A stretch of 64,000 bases of DNA, taken from Dipteris shenzhenensis. Lineage: Eukaryota. The stretch lies in the NCBI GenBank assembly GCA_047967505.1, contig CM106538.1. One strand, written 5' to 3'. The notes below the pieces were generated by a model. It did no database searches. It saw only the letters and a program-made list of their open reading frames with translations, and was not told the DNA's origin. The position numbers were made by a program, and so were the translations under genes. Below, in pieces: positions 13,601 to 27,730 of the stretch (positions within the stretch are counted from its first letter, which is position 1; each line of letters opens with the position of its first letter).

Positions 13601-16069
13601 TTGATCATGTTGTTGCAATAACCGAGCAGCCAAGCACTTCTTTGTGGCATTGCAGGTTGGGGCACATGAGCCAGAATGGAATGAAACTCTTATGCCATTT
13701 GGGTTATGTACCGCATTTGAGTTTCTCTGATTTTGAATTTTGTGAGCATTGTCTCTATGGGAAGCAGACTAAATCAGCCCATAAAAGAAGGGGAAAGAAA
13801 GAGTTTGAAAAGCTTGATTTGGTGCATTCAGACGTATGTGGTCCGATGCCTACACGGTCATTAGGCGGGACTGAATACTATGTGATATTCATTGATGATG
13901 CAACTAGGAAAGTGTGGGCTTATGCTATAGCTCGGAAGAGTGATGTGTTCCAGGTATTTCAGAAATGGCTGGCCTTGGTTGAGAATCAGTCAGGTAGAAC
14001 GCTTAAATGCCTACGGACTGACAATGGTGGAGAGTATCTCTCTCATGACTTTCAGCATTTCTGTGATACACGTGGGATTACGAGGGAGCTCACATCCCCT
14101 CGTACTCCAGAGCAAAATCCAATTGCAGAAAAGATGAATCGTACCATTCAAGAAAGGTTGCAATGCATGCTTTCCAATGCAAGTCTTTCTGGTGGTTTTT
14201 GGGCTGAGGCAATGAAGACTGTAGTGCATGTGATCAATAGATCACCTAGTAAGAGTTTGGATGGTGGTATTCCTGAAGAGGCATGGAGTGGCAAGAAGCC
14301 CTCTTACTCTCATTTGCGTATATTTGGGTGTGAGGCATATGCACATGTGCCAAAAGAGCTTCGAAAGAAGCTAGATCCTAAGTCTAGGAAATGCATCTTT
14401 CTGGGTTATGGTGAAAGTGGAGAGATGGGCTATCGTCTTTGGGATCCAGAAGCAAAGAAGATCATACGCAGCCATGATGTGGTCTTCAATGAGAAGAAGA
14501 TGCATAAGGCACCCATGAGGGATGTGGAAATGAGGAGAATCACTTTCCAAGATGTGAATCCACCTGCATATGTTGATAGACAGCAAGCTGTCCATGCACC
14601 AAATGTACAAGAAATGGTGCCACCAAGTACTCCCACAGGTATACAATCAAGGGTAGATGATGGATCATCTATTGGTGGAAATGATGAGCCAAATGTGGCT
14701 GATATGCAAATGGGACAGCAAGCTGAAATGCCCTTGAGAAGATCATCTAGAGTGTCTAGACCGCCTGATAGGTTTGTTCCAGGGGTAGACTATGTGATGC
14801 TTACTGATTGCGGGGAGCCTTCTTGCTATAGAGAGGCTATGATGCGTGAGGATCAACGCAAGTGGGAGTATGCTATGCAATCAGAGATGAGTTCACTTAT
14901 GAAGAATAAGACTTGGGACTTGGTTTCTTTGCCACATGGAAAGAAAGCATTGCCATGTAAATGGGTCTACAAAATGAAGGTCACAGGTGATGATGTGCCT
15001 AGGTACAAGGCCTGTTTGGTTGCTAAAGGGTTCAAGCAAGAGAAGGGTGTGGACTTTGATGAGATATTCTCTCCGGTTGTGAAGATGACCGCACTTAGAT
15101 GCATGCTTGGACTAGTGGCATCAGAGGATATGGAGCTTATGCAAATGGATGTTAAGACAGCTTTCTTGCATGGGGATTTGCATGAGGAAATTTACATGGT
15201 GCAGCCGGAAGGCTTTGAAGAAAAGGGCAAAGAGCATTTAGTTTGCAAGCTGAAGAAGAGTCTCTATGGTCTTAAGCAAGCACCTAGAGAATGGTATCAG
15301 AAGTTTGATGCTCTCATTCGGTCCCAGGGTTTTAGAAGGAGTGAAATTGATCACTGCCTCTACACTAAAAGGGCTAAGGATAATAGCCTGATAATCCTGG
15401 CACTATATGTGGATGATATGCTATTGGCTAGCAAGAATACTTATGAGCTAGATGCATTAAAGGCCAAGTTGCATGAGGCCTTTGATATGAAGGATTTGGG
15501 ACTTGCAGGTCATATTCTTGGTATGCGCATCACGCGTGATCGGAGTACGAACTCCTTTGGCTTTCACAAAAAGAGTATGTTACAAAAGTATTGCAGCGTT
15601 TCAATATGGAGGGGGGGAAGGTAGTGAGTACTCCATTGCCTCCATATGTGAAACTGAGTCATACAGATAGTCCCAAATCAGATGAGGAGAGGGCCATGAT
15701 GGCCAAGGTTCCTTATGCATCAGTAGTTGGGAGTCTTATGTATGCTATGATAGCTACTAGACCAGACATTGCATTTGCAGTGGGAGTTGTTGGCCGGTAT
15801 ATGGCTAATCCAGGAAAGAGGCATTGGGAGGCAGTTAAGTGCATCATGAGGTACATGAAGGGTACCAAGGAGATGTGCATCTGCTTTGGTAAAGGAGACA
15901 TGCGTGTACTTGGGTACACAGATTCAGACTATGCAGGGCATGTTGATAGTAGGAGATCCACTTCTGGTTATGTGTTCACCTTTGCAGGTGGTGCAGTGTC
16001 GTGGATGTCTCGTGCAGAGAAGTGCGTGGCTTTGTCTACCACAGAGGCTGAGTATGTTGCAGCCACAGA
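10627..16069 (+). mobile_element. Copia family C (Tnt1-like), 3'-truncated
   Basis: Putative 5' LTR ~10627-10844, PBS TGGTATCAGAGCC at 10847-10859, long leader, then gag-pol. No 3' LTR. Confidence 0.9.
12283..16069 (+). pseudogene. Copia C gag-pol polyprotein (one stop at 12532-12534, frameshift near 15560-15600, truncated in RNase H)
   Basis: KFDGTNFSLWK, CYHCGKKGHMKKDC, WDSGASFH, LDLVHSDVCGP, QMDVKTAFLHG, LYVDDML, GYTDSDYAG. Confidence 0.93.
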
Positions 16070-16119
16070 AATGACGGGAGTCGCAAATTAAAAGTCCCAT
16101 AATTCGTGACATATTGATC

Positions 16120-18410
16120 TAGCGTACTAGCTGAATAGCACTCATGGAATCACTATGCAATGTCGGTACACCTGTATGAATCCCCAAATCTCCCACTAGC
16201 CCATGAAGCCATATATCCTCCTTGCAACCCTCTGTGGCTGCAACATACTCAGCCTCTGTGGTAGACAAAGCAATGCACTTCTGTGCGTGAGACATCCATG
16301 ACACTGCACCACCTACAAAGGTGAACACATAACCAGAAGTGGATCTCCTACTATCCACATGCCCTGCATAGTCTGAATCTGTGTACCAAGTACATGCATG
16401 CCTCCTCTACCAAAGCAGATGCACATCTCGTTGGTACCCTTCATGTACCTCATGATGCACTTAACTGCCTCCCAATGCCTCTTTCCTGGATTAGCCATAT
16501 ACCGGCTAACAACTCCCACTGCAAATGCAATGTCTGGTCTAGTAGCTATCATAGCATACATAAGACTCCCAACTGTTGATGCATAAGGAACCTTGGCCAT
16601 CATGGCCCTTTCCTTGCTGTGAAGAACTTCCGCCTTCAAAGTGGGCCCCGAAATGGCCTCGAATCAAAAAAACAAAGTCACTAAGGGCTTTGCCCATCTC
16701 CTGCAGCATATGCTACCCTCTCGCCACACTGCGAAGGGCATCTCAATCTGAGACAGTGCACTCTTGCACTTCTGGCTGTGCTACCTGCAGAGATTTTCTC
16801 CCAAACTCAAAAAAGGAAAGCAACACTGGTCCTCTTACCAGGACACCGCGAACTTGGTTTGCTTTCTTGAGCTCCTTACCATGAACCAGGCTCTGATACC
16901 ATGTGAAGATAGTGGGAGAAAAGGAAGGAGTCTCACTTGCGGCTTTCTCACATAGACAATGGAGGAATACACACAAAGGTGGAGGCTGAAAACAGTTTTC
17001 CTCTTCTTAGTTGTAAAAGCCAAAAGAACTCTAGTACAAAGAAATACGAGAACCCTATATGTGGGTCTCAAACCAAACTCAGCTAATTTAGGTGGCATAC
17101 TAACTGAGCCACGAACTAGAGTACATAAGGATAGCTGTCATCCAGCTATTATTCATGGGCGGTGTACCAACTGCATCTGCAGCTAACTAGTCGGTGACAT
17201 AAATGCACAACGGTCACCCTGGCATATCATCAGTGGAGGTCGATATCTCAACACGTGTATCACAAAAATGCTGAAAGTCATGAGAGAGATACTCTCCACC
17301 ATTGTCAATCCGTAGACATTTAAGCATTCTACCTGACTGATTCTCAACCAAGGCTAGCCATTTTTGAAATACCTGGAACACATCACTCTTCCAAGCTATA
17401 GCATAAGCCCACACTTTCCTAGTTGCATCATCAATGAATGTCACATAGTATTCAGCCCCGCCTAATGACCATGTAGGCATGGGACCACATACATCTGAAT
17501 GCACCAAATCAAGCTTTTCAAACTCTTTCTTTCCCCTTCTTTTATGGGCTAATTTAGTCTGCTTCCCATAGAGACAGTGCTCACAAAATTCAAAATCAGA
17601 GAAACTCAAATGCGGTACATAACCCAAATGGCATAAGAGTTTCATTCCATTCTGGCTCATGTGCCCCAACTTGTAATGCCACAAAGAAGTGCTTGGCTGC
17701 TCGGTTATTGCAAAAACATGATCAAATACCCCTGATACATGTAAGGGATACAAAGTCCCACACTTTGCACCCCTGGCCAAAAGTATAGAGCCCTTCTGAA
17801 TTTTCCAACTCTGAAAGCCAAAAGTGGTTTGAAAACCAGCATCATCTAGCTGACCCAATGAAATAAGACTCTTGGTCAACTTAGGCACATGTCTCACATG
17901 TTTCAAAATAAATGCAGACCCATTTGCAAAAGAAAACTTTATGTCACCTACTCTGACTATGTCACATGCATAGTCATTTCCAAGATGCACACAACCTGTC
18001 TTTCCACTGTCATAAGTGGAGAACCATTCCCTATGGGGAGTAACATGGAATGAAGCACCAGAATCCAAAATCCAATCTTGGGAATATGCATCATCTGAAG
18101 TGCTAAGCAACTCTGCAGATAAACTAGACATGCAGAGAACGTCATTGTCACTATCATGTGTGACTGCATTGATCTCTTCGATCTTCACTTTTCCTTTGTC
18201 CTCCCTTGGACTCTCTTCCTTTTGATTTGCACCCCAATTTGCATTCTTTTTCTTATCCTTTTGCTCTCTTTTCAGCTTGTAGCAATACTTTTTCATATGG
18301 CCCTTCTTGCCACAGTGGTAACACTCAATGTTCCGTGCCCTAGATTTGCTACGAGACTTCCCTCTTTCTTGGGACTTCCCCCTGAACTGAGATTTGCCCG
18401 TTTGCACATT
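16120..18410 (-). mobile_element. Inverted second copy of copia C (RNase H piece 16120-16614; gag-protease-integrase piece 17254-18410)
   Basis: Near-identical reverse complement of ~15685-16069 (extending further into RNase H) and of 12898-14074. Confidence 0.92.
16615..17253 (-). mobile_element. Copia family B 5' end (LTR 16902-17253, PBS 16890-16901, leader) inside the inverted copia C
   Basis: LTR B termini, PBS TGGTATCAGAGC, and a leader matching 32784-33050. Confidence 0.9.
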
Positions 18411-18486
18411 CTCTACACTATCGCATTGTTGTGTATTATCCATGTTTATGACTGAAGTTACTGATCATTTTAGTGTAAGTTTTGAA

Positions 18487-18702
18487 TTTTGTCAAATCCT
18501 AAAGCCATTTCACCATCGAGTAGAAGGGAAAAGTGTCCAGGACATCGCCAGGATCCTAGAAAGCCTAAAACTTGCCACGGCATGAATTTGGGCATTCTGG
18601 CAAGTCCAAAATGCCCAAATTTAGGCTTTCTAGGCTCTTGGCGACGTCCCAGACACTTTTCCCTTTTGCTTGATGGTGAAATTCCTTCAAGATTTGACAA
18701 AA
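18487..18702. repeat. ~215 bp imperfect palindrome (foldback/MITE-like)
   Basis: TTTTGTCAAATC...GATTTGACAAAA, TTTCACCATC/GATGGTGAAA, GGGAAAAGTGTC/GACACTTTTCCC and CCTAGAAAGCCTAAA/TTTAGGCTTTCTAGG all pair. Confidence 0.85.
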
Positions 18703-18950
18703 ATGAACTTTCTATACCCAGAATTGGTGAAAATGATACTAAATTGTCTAGAAATGCATTAAATTAACACAATTAAAATGATGGAGAAAATATATCATCA
18801 ATGACTTAAACAAAATACAATGGAATAAATATTATGAATTCATGACGAGCAATGATAAGTTAAAACATATAATAAAGACATGTAGTCATGTATCCATTGA
18901 AATATATGTTTATATATACAAAAGGCCTCACAGGCTATCTTTCTTCTTGG

Positions 18951-19900
18951 CTAGTTTGAGTACATTGAGAAGAGATTGAGAATAGGGGTCTTTGAATCCC
19001 CTAGTGGATTCCTAGATATAAATCTAACTGTAACAGCACTAACATCCTCCTCCCCTACTACTAAAGACATAGCCATTGCCATCAATGCCCTGCCATGAAT
19101 GTTCGATCCAAAGGCATTGATAGCAACCAAGCAATGTACCAAAATGACTTTGTCGGCATTCCGAGTAATGTTGGAGTATCCAATAGCATGCGACAATGCC
19201 TTGCACTTCAGCAGCTCCAAAGGACCTCGAGGAGAAAATTTGCTATGAAAGACCACGATATGTTCTGCAACTTTGCCAAGGTAATGGCCAAAAAATGGCC
19301 AAAGAATGATCTTGCCCAAATGCACTGTGAACATTATCCCATTGATATGAGAATTCATCAATCTTAAACACGTCTTGCAACAATTCAACAAACATTAGAA
19401 GACCAACAAAACAAATTATACCAAAAGAATAGCAAAATAAAAAATATTGCTCGAACTTACCACTACAGCGTCGTCGGCTTATATCCCTTCCTCATTTGCA
19501 ATGTTGATGGAACAAGGAGCTGTGTGATGCTCCATTTGGGAGGTGGACGCTTTCTCTTGACCTATGTTGGAGGTGGAAGATTTTGCATGAGAGGGCTATG
19601 CATCATATATGGACATGTCTGCATCCCTCATTGAAACCAGTGTCATCAAGAGAAACTCTTCCATTGTCTGGTCTTTGGAACCTAAAACCCTGGGATCTTT
19701 GACACTTGTGTCAACATTGAACCCCAATAGGACTCCGAGTTCCTCATCCTCTCATAGTCCAAAAAGAACCTCTATGTTATGGAGGAATACATACTCTTCT
19801 CCATCGATGATGAGGGGAGACAAGGACCATAATTTTGATTCTGGGTAAGTGGTCTCTGATGCAAGTTTTTGGTTCCCATCCGAAATCCTTACTCTAATAC
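18951..19900 (-). pseudogene. Gene X copy 1: 3' exons of an unknown gene homologous to 59990-60851
   Basis: WSLSPLIIDGEEYVFLHNIEVLFGL aligns with WFLAPLLVDGEQYLSLHDIEVMFGL. HYLGKVAEHIVVFHSKFSPRG...RNADKVILV...NAFGSN aligns with HYLGQAKGHFVVIHKKFSPHG...RNADKVIMV...NAFGTN. Confidence 0.8.
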
Positions 19901-21004
19901 CTGTGAAGTCAAAGAAACACACATTAAAATAGTAAGACATTAACAAAAATGAACGAAATCGAGAACAAGCGAATAAACGGTGAAAGGAGCTTATTGTCTT
20001 GAAAGTTTAAGAGCATCAGAACAACAATGATACAACAAGGAATGCTTGTCAAAGAGAGAAGGGAATGGCTCATCATGGTGAAAGTAGAGGAATGGCGCCG
20101 AAGAATAAGAGAAAGTGAATGGTTGTTTTGGGTCACCACATGGGAAGGTTTCAAAATGGAGCTCTATTTAGATTTTGCATCCACATGTCTTTATACAACA
20201 TGTGAACCGTAAAAGAATTTAAAAAAATCTTCTCATTAATGCCACATGCTTATAACAACATAAAGTACTATTTTCTTTTTCATAGTTTTGTCTATTTTTG
20301 TGAAATTTCTACATTACGTTGGCGTTCTCCTCATTGGTTGAGAGACATTTTTCTGAAGCCCTAAAAGGCCCAAAAATGAGCTCCCTTTTTTCCTAATGCC
20401 AAGGAGCCACTGGTGCCTGATGTTGCTTAAAGAAGGTGCTACAGACCGTAGGTGGTGTTGTTGCTTGTAGATAGTTTGAGGTCTCGATTGGTCATGGCAA
20501 CCGTGAAGGCTTTAGTCATAGGTATAGTTCGTTTCTCTTATTTGTTGTAGCCGGCTTTGGAGCCCATCGTGGATTCAGTTGTGAGCTAGGAGTAGTAGTT
20601 GCATGCAGCCTCTGATGGAGCTTTGAGTTGTTGTATAGCTTTGTTGTAGTCATAGGTAGAGCCTCCTTCACTCTATTCATGGAAGGAGGAACAATAGTCC
20701 TTGAAGCCTTAGATGCCTCTCTAAGAACTAGAATACTCTTTCTCTCTCTCTCTCTCCAATGAATGAACAGAATTTGATCTGAGAATGAATTACAATGACT
20801 CTCTCTCACAAGAATGAACACTCAAAGAATCTCACTCAAATAGAGATGAAGCTATATCTCTCTCTCTCTCAAATGAAGCTATCTCTCTCACTGAAGAAAT
20901 GCAATGAATAGAATTCTAAAATGAATTGGACAAAAATTCTATCTCTCATGAAATGTGTGGACAGAAATTTCTCTTTCATCAATGGAATGAAAGGATGCTT
21001 ACTC

Positions 21005-22680
21005 CACTACTACACATGGGCCTTATTCTAATGGTTAAGCACTGACATTTAGTGCACGTGGGGTGCTAATCGTCGATATGCAAAGTGGGCTTAAAAGGTG
21101 TCGCTATATAGTGACACTTTTATAAAACGTCGCTATATAGGGACACTTTTATAAACATCGCTATATAGTGACACTTGCCAGACTTGTATAAAGTTGTTAT
21201 ATGGCGATGTTTTATAGAGTGTTTTTTTCCCCATACCGACTTTAAAGATAGTTTTACCCAATGACAAAAAAAATTTCTTTTCATACATGTTTGATCCTTT
21301 GATAGAATAAAAGTACAAGAGCATGTACATCAAGTTTGAAGCTCATATATTCATGTCCATGTTTGACACTTGGCTGCCAAGTCTAGTGCACCAAACAAGT
21401 TTACTAAGTTGATCTCCTATATCATCATCATACTCTAGCATCATACGTTCACCATAGACTTGATCATCTTCTTCAATAAAGTCGGGTGATTCTTGATGCT
21501 TCTTTCTCAATATCATGATCTCCATCTTCCTCCCGTATGATGTCATTATGCACATCTTCCTCTTGGCTCATATTGTGTTTCTTCTCTAAATCCATCTAGA
21601 TCAATTGGATCTGGCATTCGTAGTGGCATCCCCATATCCACATCTATATCTTCAATTTTGCTTACTTCGTGGTGCAACTTGGATCACATACCACCATCTT
21701 GGATCAAAATGGTCCAAATGAAAAACCACCTATATTGAAGATGGGTGCCAAATGCCATCAATTATATGAAACTATGCTTAAGTACATGTACCAATTGATA
21801 TTTAAAAACAAAAGATTCAATTAATTAAATCATTAGTATGCACCTGCTCACAATACTCGAGAAGAACAAAGACCGTCATAAATAGTTCTAAACCATTTTA
21901 CATCAAGAATGAAAATACTAAATCATCTGAAATCAAATTTATAGATTTTGTGTATGGTCCCACAATAATCCAATTGCGAGGAGAGAAGATTGGTATCCGA
22001 AGCACTTGCCCGACTATCTTGTGTGAAGTTAGCCATGACTCCATAATCATACGTGACTCTCTTTCAATCGATGTGTTCCACACAAAAATGTCATTGGTAT
22101 GTCTAGGATCTCTGGAAATATCAGACCTGCACTCCTGTCCATAAGATCTGTAACTCCTCTATTAAAGATACCATGTACATGGCCTTAGACTCGAACATCA
22201 CATGCATTGCCCCTAAAAATAGAATCCATCATGTCCACCATACCCTCCTCATCATTTGGCACATCCAGGAGACTATACTCCTCAAGGTGTAAAGGTATAC
22301 GTATGCACACCACCCTCACCACCCTCCTCATCTTGTCTCAAGGTTTCGTGTAAATATAAGATCTTGTCTCAAGATTTTGTGTCATGTATGCAGGCAATAT
22401 TAATCATGAACTCAAATAGCATTGACTTTTCGATGATCCATCACCATGTGCACCACCAACAGTGGGTACTGCTTTGGGCTCCTCCCCATACATCCTCAAG
22501 TGGCACATGACAATACGGCATTGATGTCGTACTTCTCACTTGCAATGAGTGCAATGACAATACAACCTCTCCGTAAGCCATACTCCTTAAAGTGTGAAGG
22601 TATATGCACACAACCCTTGCCACCCTCCTCATCCTATCTCAAGGGCCCATTTTGGGGTCTAGTCTGCTCCATAGCATAGG
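21005..22680 (-). mobile_element. CACTA (En/Spm) element remnant with one terminus
   Basis: Terminus CACTACTACACATGGGCCTT at 21005 and subterminal GTCGCTATATAG(T/G)GACAC repeats. Minus-strand remnants LYCHCTHC...VMCHLRMYG (transposase-associated Zn motif) and YMVSLIEELQILWTGV (Transposase_21-like). Confidence 0.75.
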
Positions 22681-22799
22681 CTAGGGGTACATGGCTCTTT
22701 TTTATATAACCAAATTTTGTAATCTGGTCCTTTTTGTACCAACCCCTTTAATATATTCAACCTTTTATATTAAAAAAACAAGATGAATGCTCATAAAGC

Positions 22800-23535
22800 A
22801 TTCAAAAGGCCTACCTCAAATGCATAGATTGGAAAAGAGAGAGAGAGAGAGAGAAAGGAGAAGAGAGGGAGAGAGAGGGGGGGTGGGGTAGGGCTTACCT
22901 TGAAATAAAAAGAGAGAGAAAGAGGGAGGAATGGGTAGAGATAATCAATCAAAAAAAACCAAAAACAGACAAGTGGCCAATCAACAATTCCCAATAAAAA
23001 CTTTTAAAAAATTCAAAATTTTGCCCATCTCCAAAGTTGAAGCCTTCACTAAGGCCTACCCACAGCAGGGCAGGCCAAAAAAATCAGAAATTTGCCCATC
23101 CCCAAAGCTGAAGCCTTCACTAAGGCCTACCCATAGCAGGGCAGGCCAAAAAATACGCTTCTAAAAATTCTAACAAGTTGAATTTTATTCATGTGACATG
23201 CCAAGAGAGAGAGAAAAAGAAGAGAGAGAGAGAAGAAGAAGGAGAAGAGAGAGAGAGAAAGGGAGAAAAAGGTAGAGAGAGATGGAAGAGGAGGGAGAGG
23301 GAATGTTCAATGAATGCACGTCCAAATTTTAACAAAAATGTGGAAGAGGAGAGAGAGGGAATGAATGCACTTCCAAAAAAGCAAACCCAAGTTTGAAAGA
23401 GATGCTCTAAAGTCCAACACACCAACCAATCAAAGAATTTGAAAGAAAAACACATCTGAAAAATACTAGAAAATATTTTTGGTTTTGAAAGTTGTTGAAC
23501 CTTCACTAAGGCTACCTAACGGCATGCCAAAAACA
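22800..23535. repeat. GA-rich dispersed repeat with tandem AAGCCTTCACTAAGGCCTACCCA.AGCAGGGCAGGCCAAAAAA units
   Basis: Two tandem copies at ~23020-23155 and a third degenerate copy at ~23500. Reverse-complement matches lie at 26684-26772. Confidence 0.6.
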
Positions 23536-24546
23536 AGTGTCAATGTTATTTTATTTTATGTATTGAACAAAATATCACTACCGATAGTAGCGAAGAAATC
23601 AAGAGAACTATCCTAATGAACCAAGAAGCGGATCTAGATTCTAATTTTTCATACTTAAAAAATAATTCAACTTAAGAAGATAAAACTTTGAACAACATGC
23701 ATCCAAGAATAGAAGAGTTCACAACAAGCATTTCATGAAAGAAATGTCCAAGAACTTTGAAATTCCAAGACTATGACTAGCTTTTGAGAGAGGAAATGTG
23801 TAGTAGAAGAGTTCAAAGGCATTCAATATGATTGGCTAAGATTATGATGATTTGGATGTCTTATATTGACTTTGAAAAAACTCACTTAGTAAATGTATGA
23901 TTTAATTGCATGGTCAAATTTGAAGATGGTTACACTAGAGTGTTAGGACTCTCATTGTTTGCATTGTCTAAAGGTAGATCTCCTTAAGCATTTAGATTCT
24001 CAATTTCAAGGCAAGAGGTTGAACTAAACTAGCCTAATGCTAAAAAGACCATGATGGATGAGTGACCCACCCAAACTTTGTCGCACATTGTGAATTATGC
24101 TCATGTGTTAGTGTGATCCCTCTAGGTCTTTAGGGAGGATGCCCTCGTAGATAAGTGTACCATAAGGTGCAAACCACTTTTCTATATGTTTGCGCATGAG
24201 GCAATTGATTGCGGTTGGAATTTTAATCTCCGAAGAGCAAGTCCAAATTGGAAACTTGACGACGATGAATCAGGAGTGTGCCGTGGGGAGGGGGTTTGAA
24301 TTGTGTCAAAATCTCGTGGTGCTCTTCTTCAACTACGACTAGGTAGGTAAGGTACGCCATTCGCTCTTATATATTCAGCTCCTCCTCCCATCTCTCCCCA
24401 CATTACTTAGTTACAACATCTTTCATCACAATATTAGAGGTTGCTTCGACATTAGCTCGTTAGCTGAGCTATCTTCTTCCCTGCTCCATACACCTCCTCC
24501 TCCTTCATACATCTCACTCCTCCTCCCTCCTCCCCAACTCCTTACT

Positions 24547-26256
<1,710 letters not shown>

Positions 26257-26267
26257 TGGAGCTACAT

Positions 26268-26512
26268 CTTAATAATCTAAAATAAGATAAGAAGCAGGCT
26301 CCCTCAAGTTTAAACTTTGCTACTCTTGTTGAGCGAGCTCTTAATAATCTAAAATAAGAGGCAGGCTCCCTCAAGTTTAAACTTTGCTACTCTTGTTGAG
26401 CGAGCTCAAGCTATGCTATAGTACATGTTTTAATCTTTTTCTTTAAAACTTTGCTACTCTTGTTGAGCGAGCTCAAGCTCTGCTATAGTACATGTTTTAA
26501 TCTTTTTCTTTA
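26268..26512 (+). repeat. Nested tandem duplications in the OPR 3' UTR region
   Basis: AAACTTTGCTACTCTTGTTGAGCGAGCTC occurs three times, within two overlapping ~67 bp duplications. Confidence 0.9.
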
Positions 26513-26683
26513 AGGAAAAGCAGCTAGAGATGACTCCTTGTTCCCTTAGCAACGTACCCACTTGAGAAGTAGTGCTCCTTCAAGTGTTAACGGATAAGTC
26601 CTTTCTCTTTGGTAGCGTAGGTCTCGAGCATATGTGCCTCTCATAGTGGACCATGGGTGTAAATGGGTGGGTGAGTGTGCGAT

Positions 26684-26823
26684 TTTTGGCCTGCCCTCTG
26701 GGTAGCCTTAGCAACGATGCAATGTTAGGAAAGCAGAAACTAACATTTCTTGAAATTTTTGGAAGTGCATTTTTCCTATTGGCTCTTCTTCATTGGACTT
26801 CAATGGAGACTTTAAAGGTTTAC

Positions 26824-26865
<42 letters not shown>

Positions 26866-26919
26866 CCCTTCTTTATCTCCTCAAGTCTTCTTATGGAGGA
26901 TCTCCACCTTTATCCCACC

Positions 26920-26962
<43 letters not shown>

Positions 26963-27730
26963 CTTTATCTCCTCCAGTCTTCCTCTACACCATTTCCAGT
27001 GGATTCCTTTTTGCTTACTTTTTTTATCTTGGGCAGGCCTTACGAATGATTGAATATCATTCACCTTGTTAGTATTAGACAATATGTTGGACTCTTCTTC
27101 ATTGGACTTGAATGCAGGCTTTAAAGTCTCTTTCTCTGCCTCTCCCTCTCTCCCCTTCTTTGTCTCCTCAAGTCTTCTTAGAGGGCCTCCCCATGTTGCA
27201 GATGAAGCTAGGGAGGCCACCAATTCAGTAGGCAATGCTTACCTTCTATCTGCCTTCCCCCGTTCGGCTGTTGGATATTTTGGACAAATCCTCTAGGCTA
27301 CACTAGGTGGAACATGCTTTGTAGGTCTCCACCACATTGGAGATGCCTTTCTCCCCCACTAAAGATGAAGACTTATAGCAATAAATGCCCCATTTTATAG
27401 GTTGAACCAGTCCATCAACCAAATACTGGCCTGGAATTCCAGAAATCCAAGCCTCTAGCCTAGCAGTCCACTGCCAAGAAAACTCCATCGTTCAACATTC
27501 TAGTACACCCATAGGGATTATCCTGCTAGTGAGGCTTCCCCAACGCCACTAGCTAGTGCGGGGAGGTCCTCTTATTAGGACACCATCTCCACCTTTTCTC
27601 CCTTCCCCCCCCAAACCTACCTCTCTCTCTCTCTCTCTCTCTCCCCTTTATCTAGTGGAGTATTCCTCCACACCATTTCCTTTTTGTTACAGTAGGCAAC
27701 CTTGAAGGAAGTTTTCATTTTCTAAGCAGG
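26684..27730. repeat. CT-rich dispersed repeat of the same family as 22800-23535, opposite orientation; includes (CT)n microsatellites
   Basis: TTTTTGGCCTGCCC...GGGTAGCCTTAG and TTTTTGGAAGTGCATT are reverse complements of left-block motifs. AATGATT.AATATCATTCACCTTGTT recurs at ~54113. Confidence 0.6.

Noticed and set aside
21100-21230. CRISPR-like spaced repeats (also 54620-54780)
   Set aside because: Eukaryotic context, mixed orientations and irregular spacing; explained as CACTA subterminal repeats.
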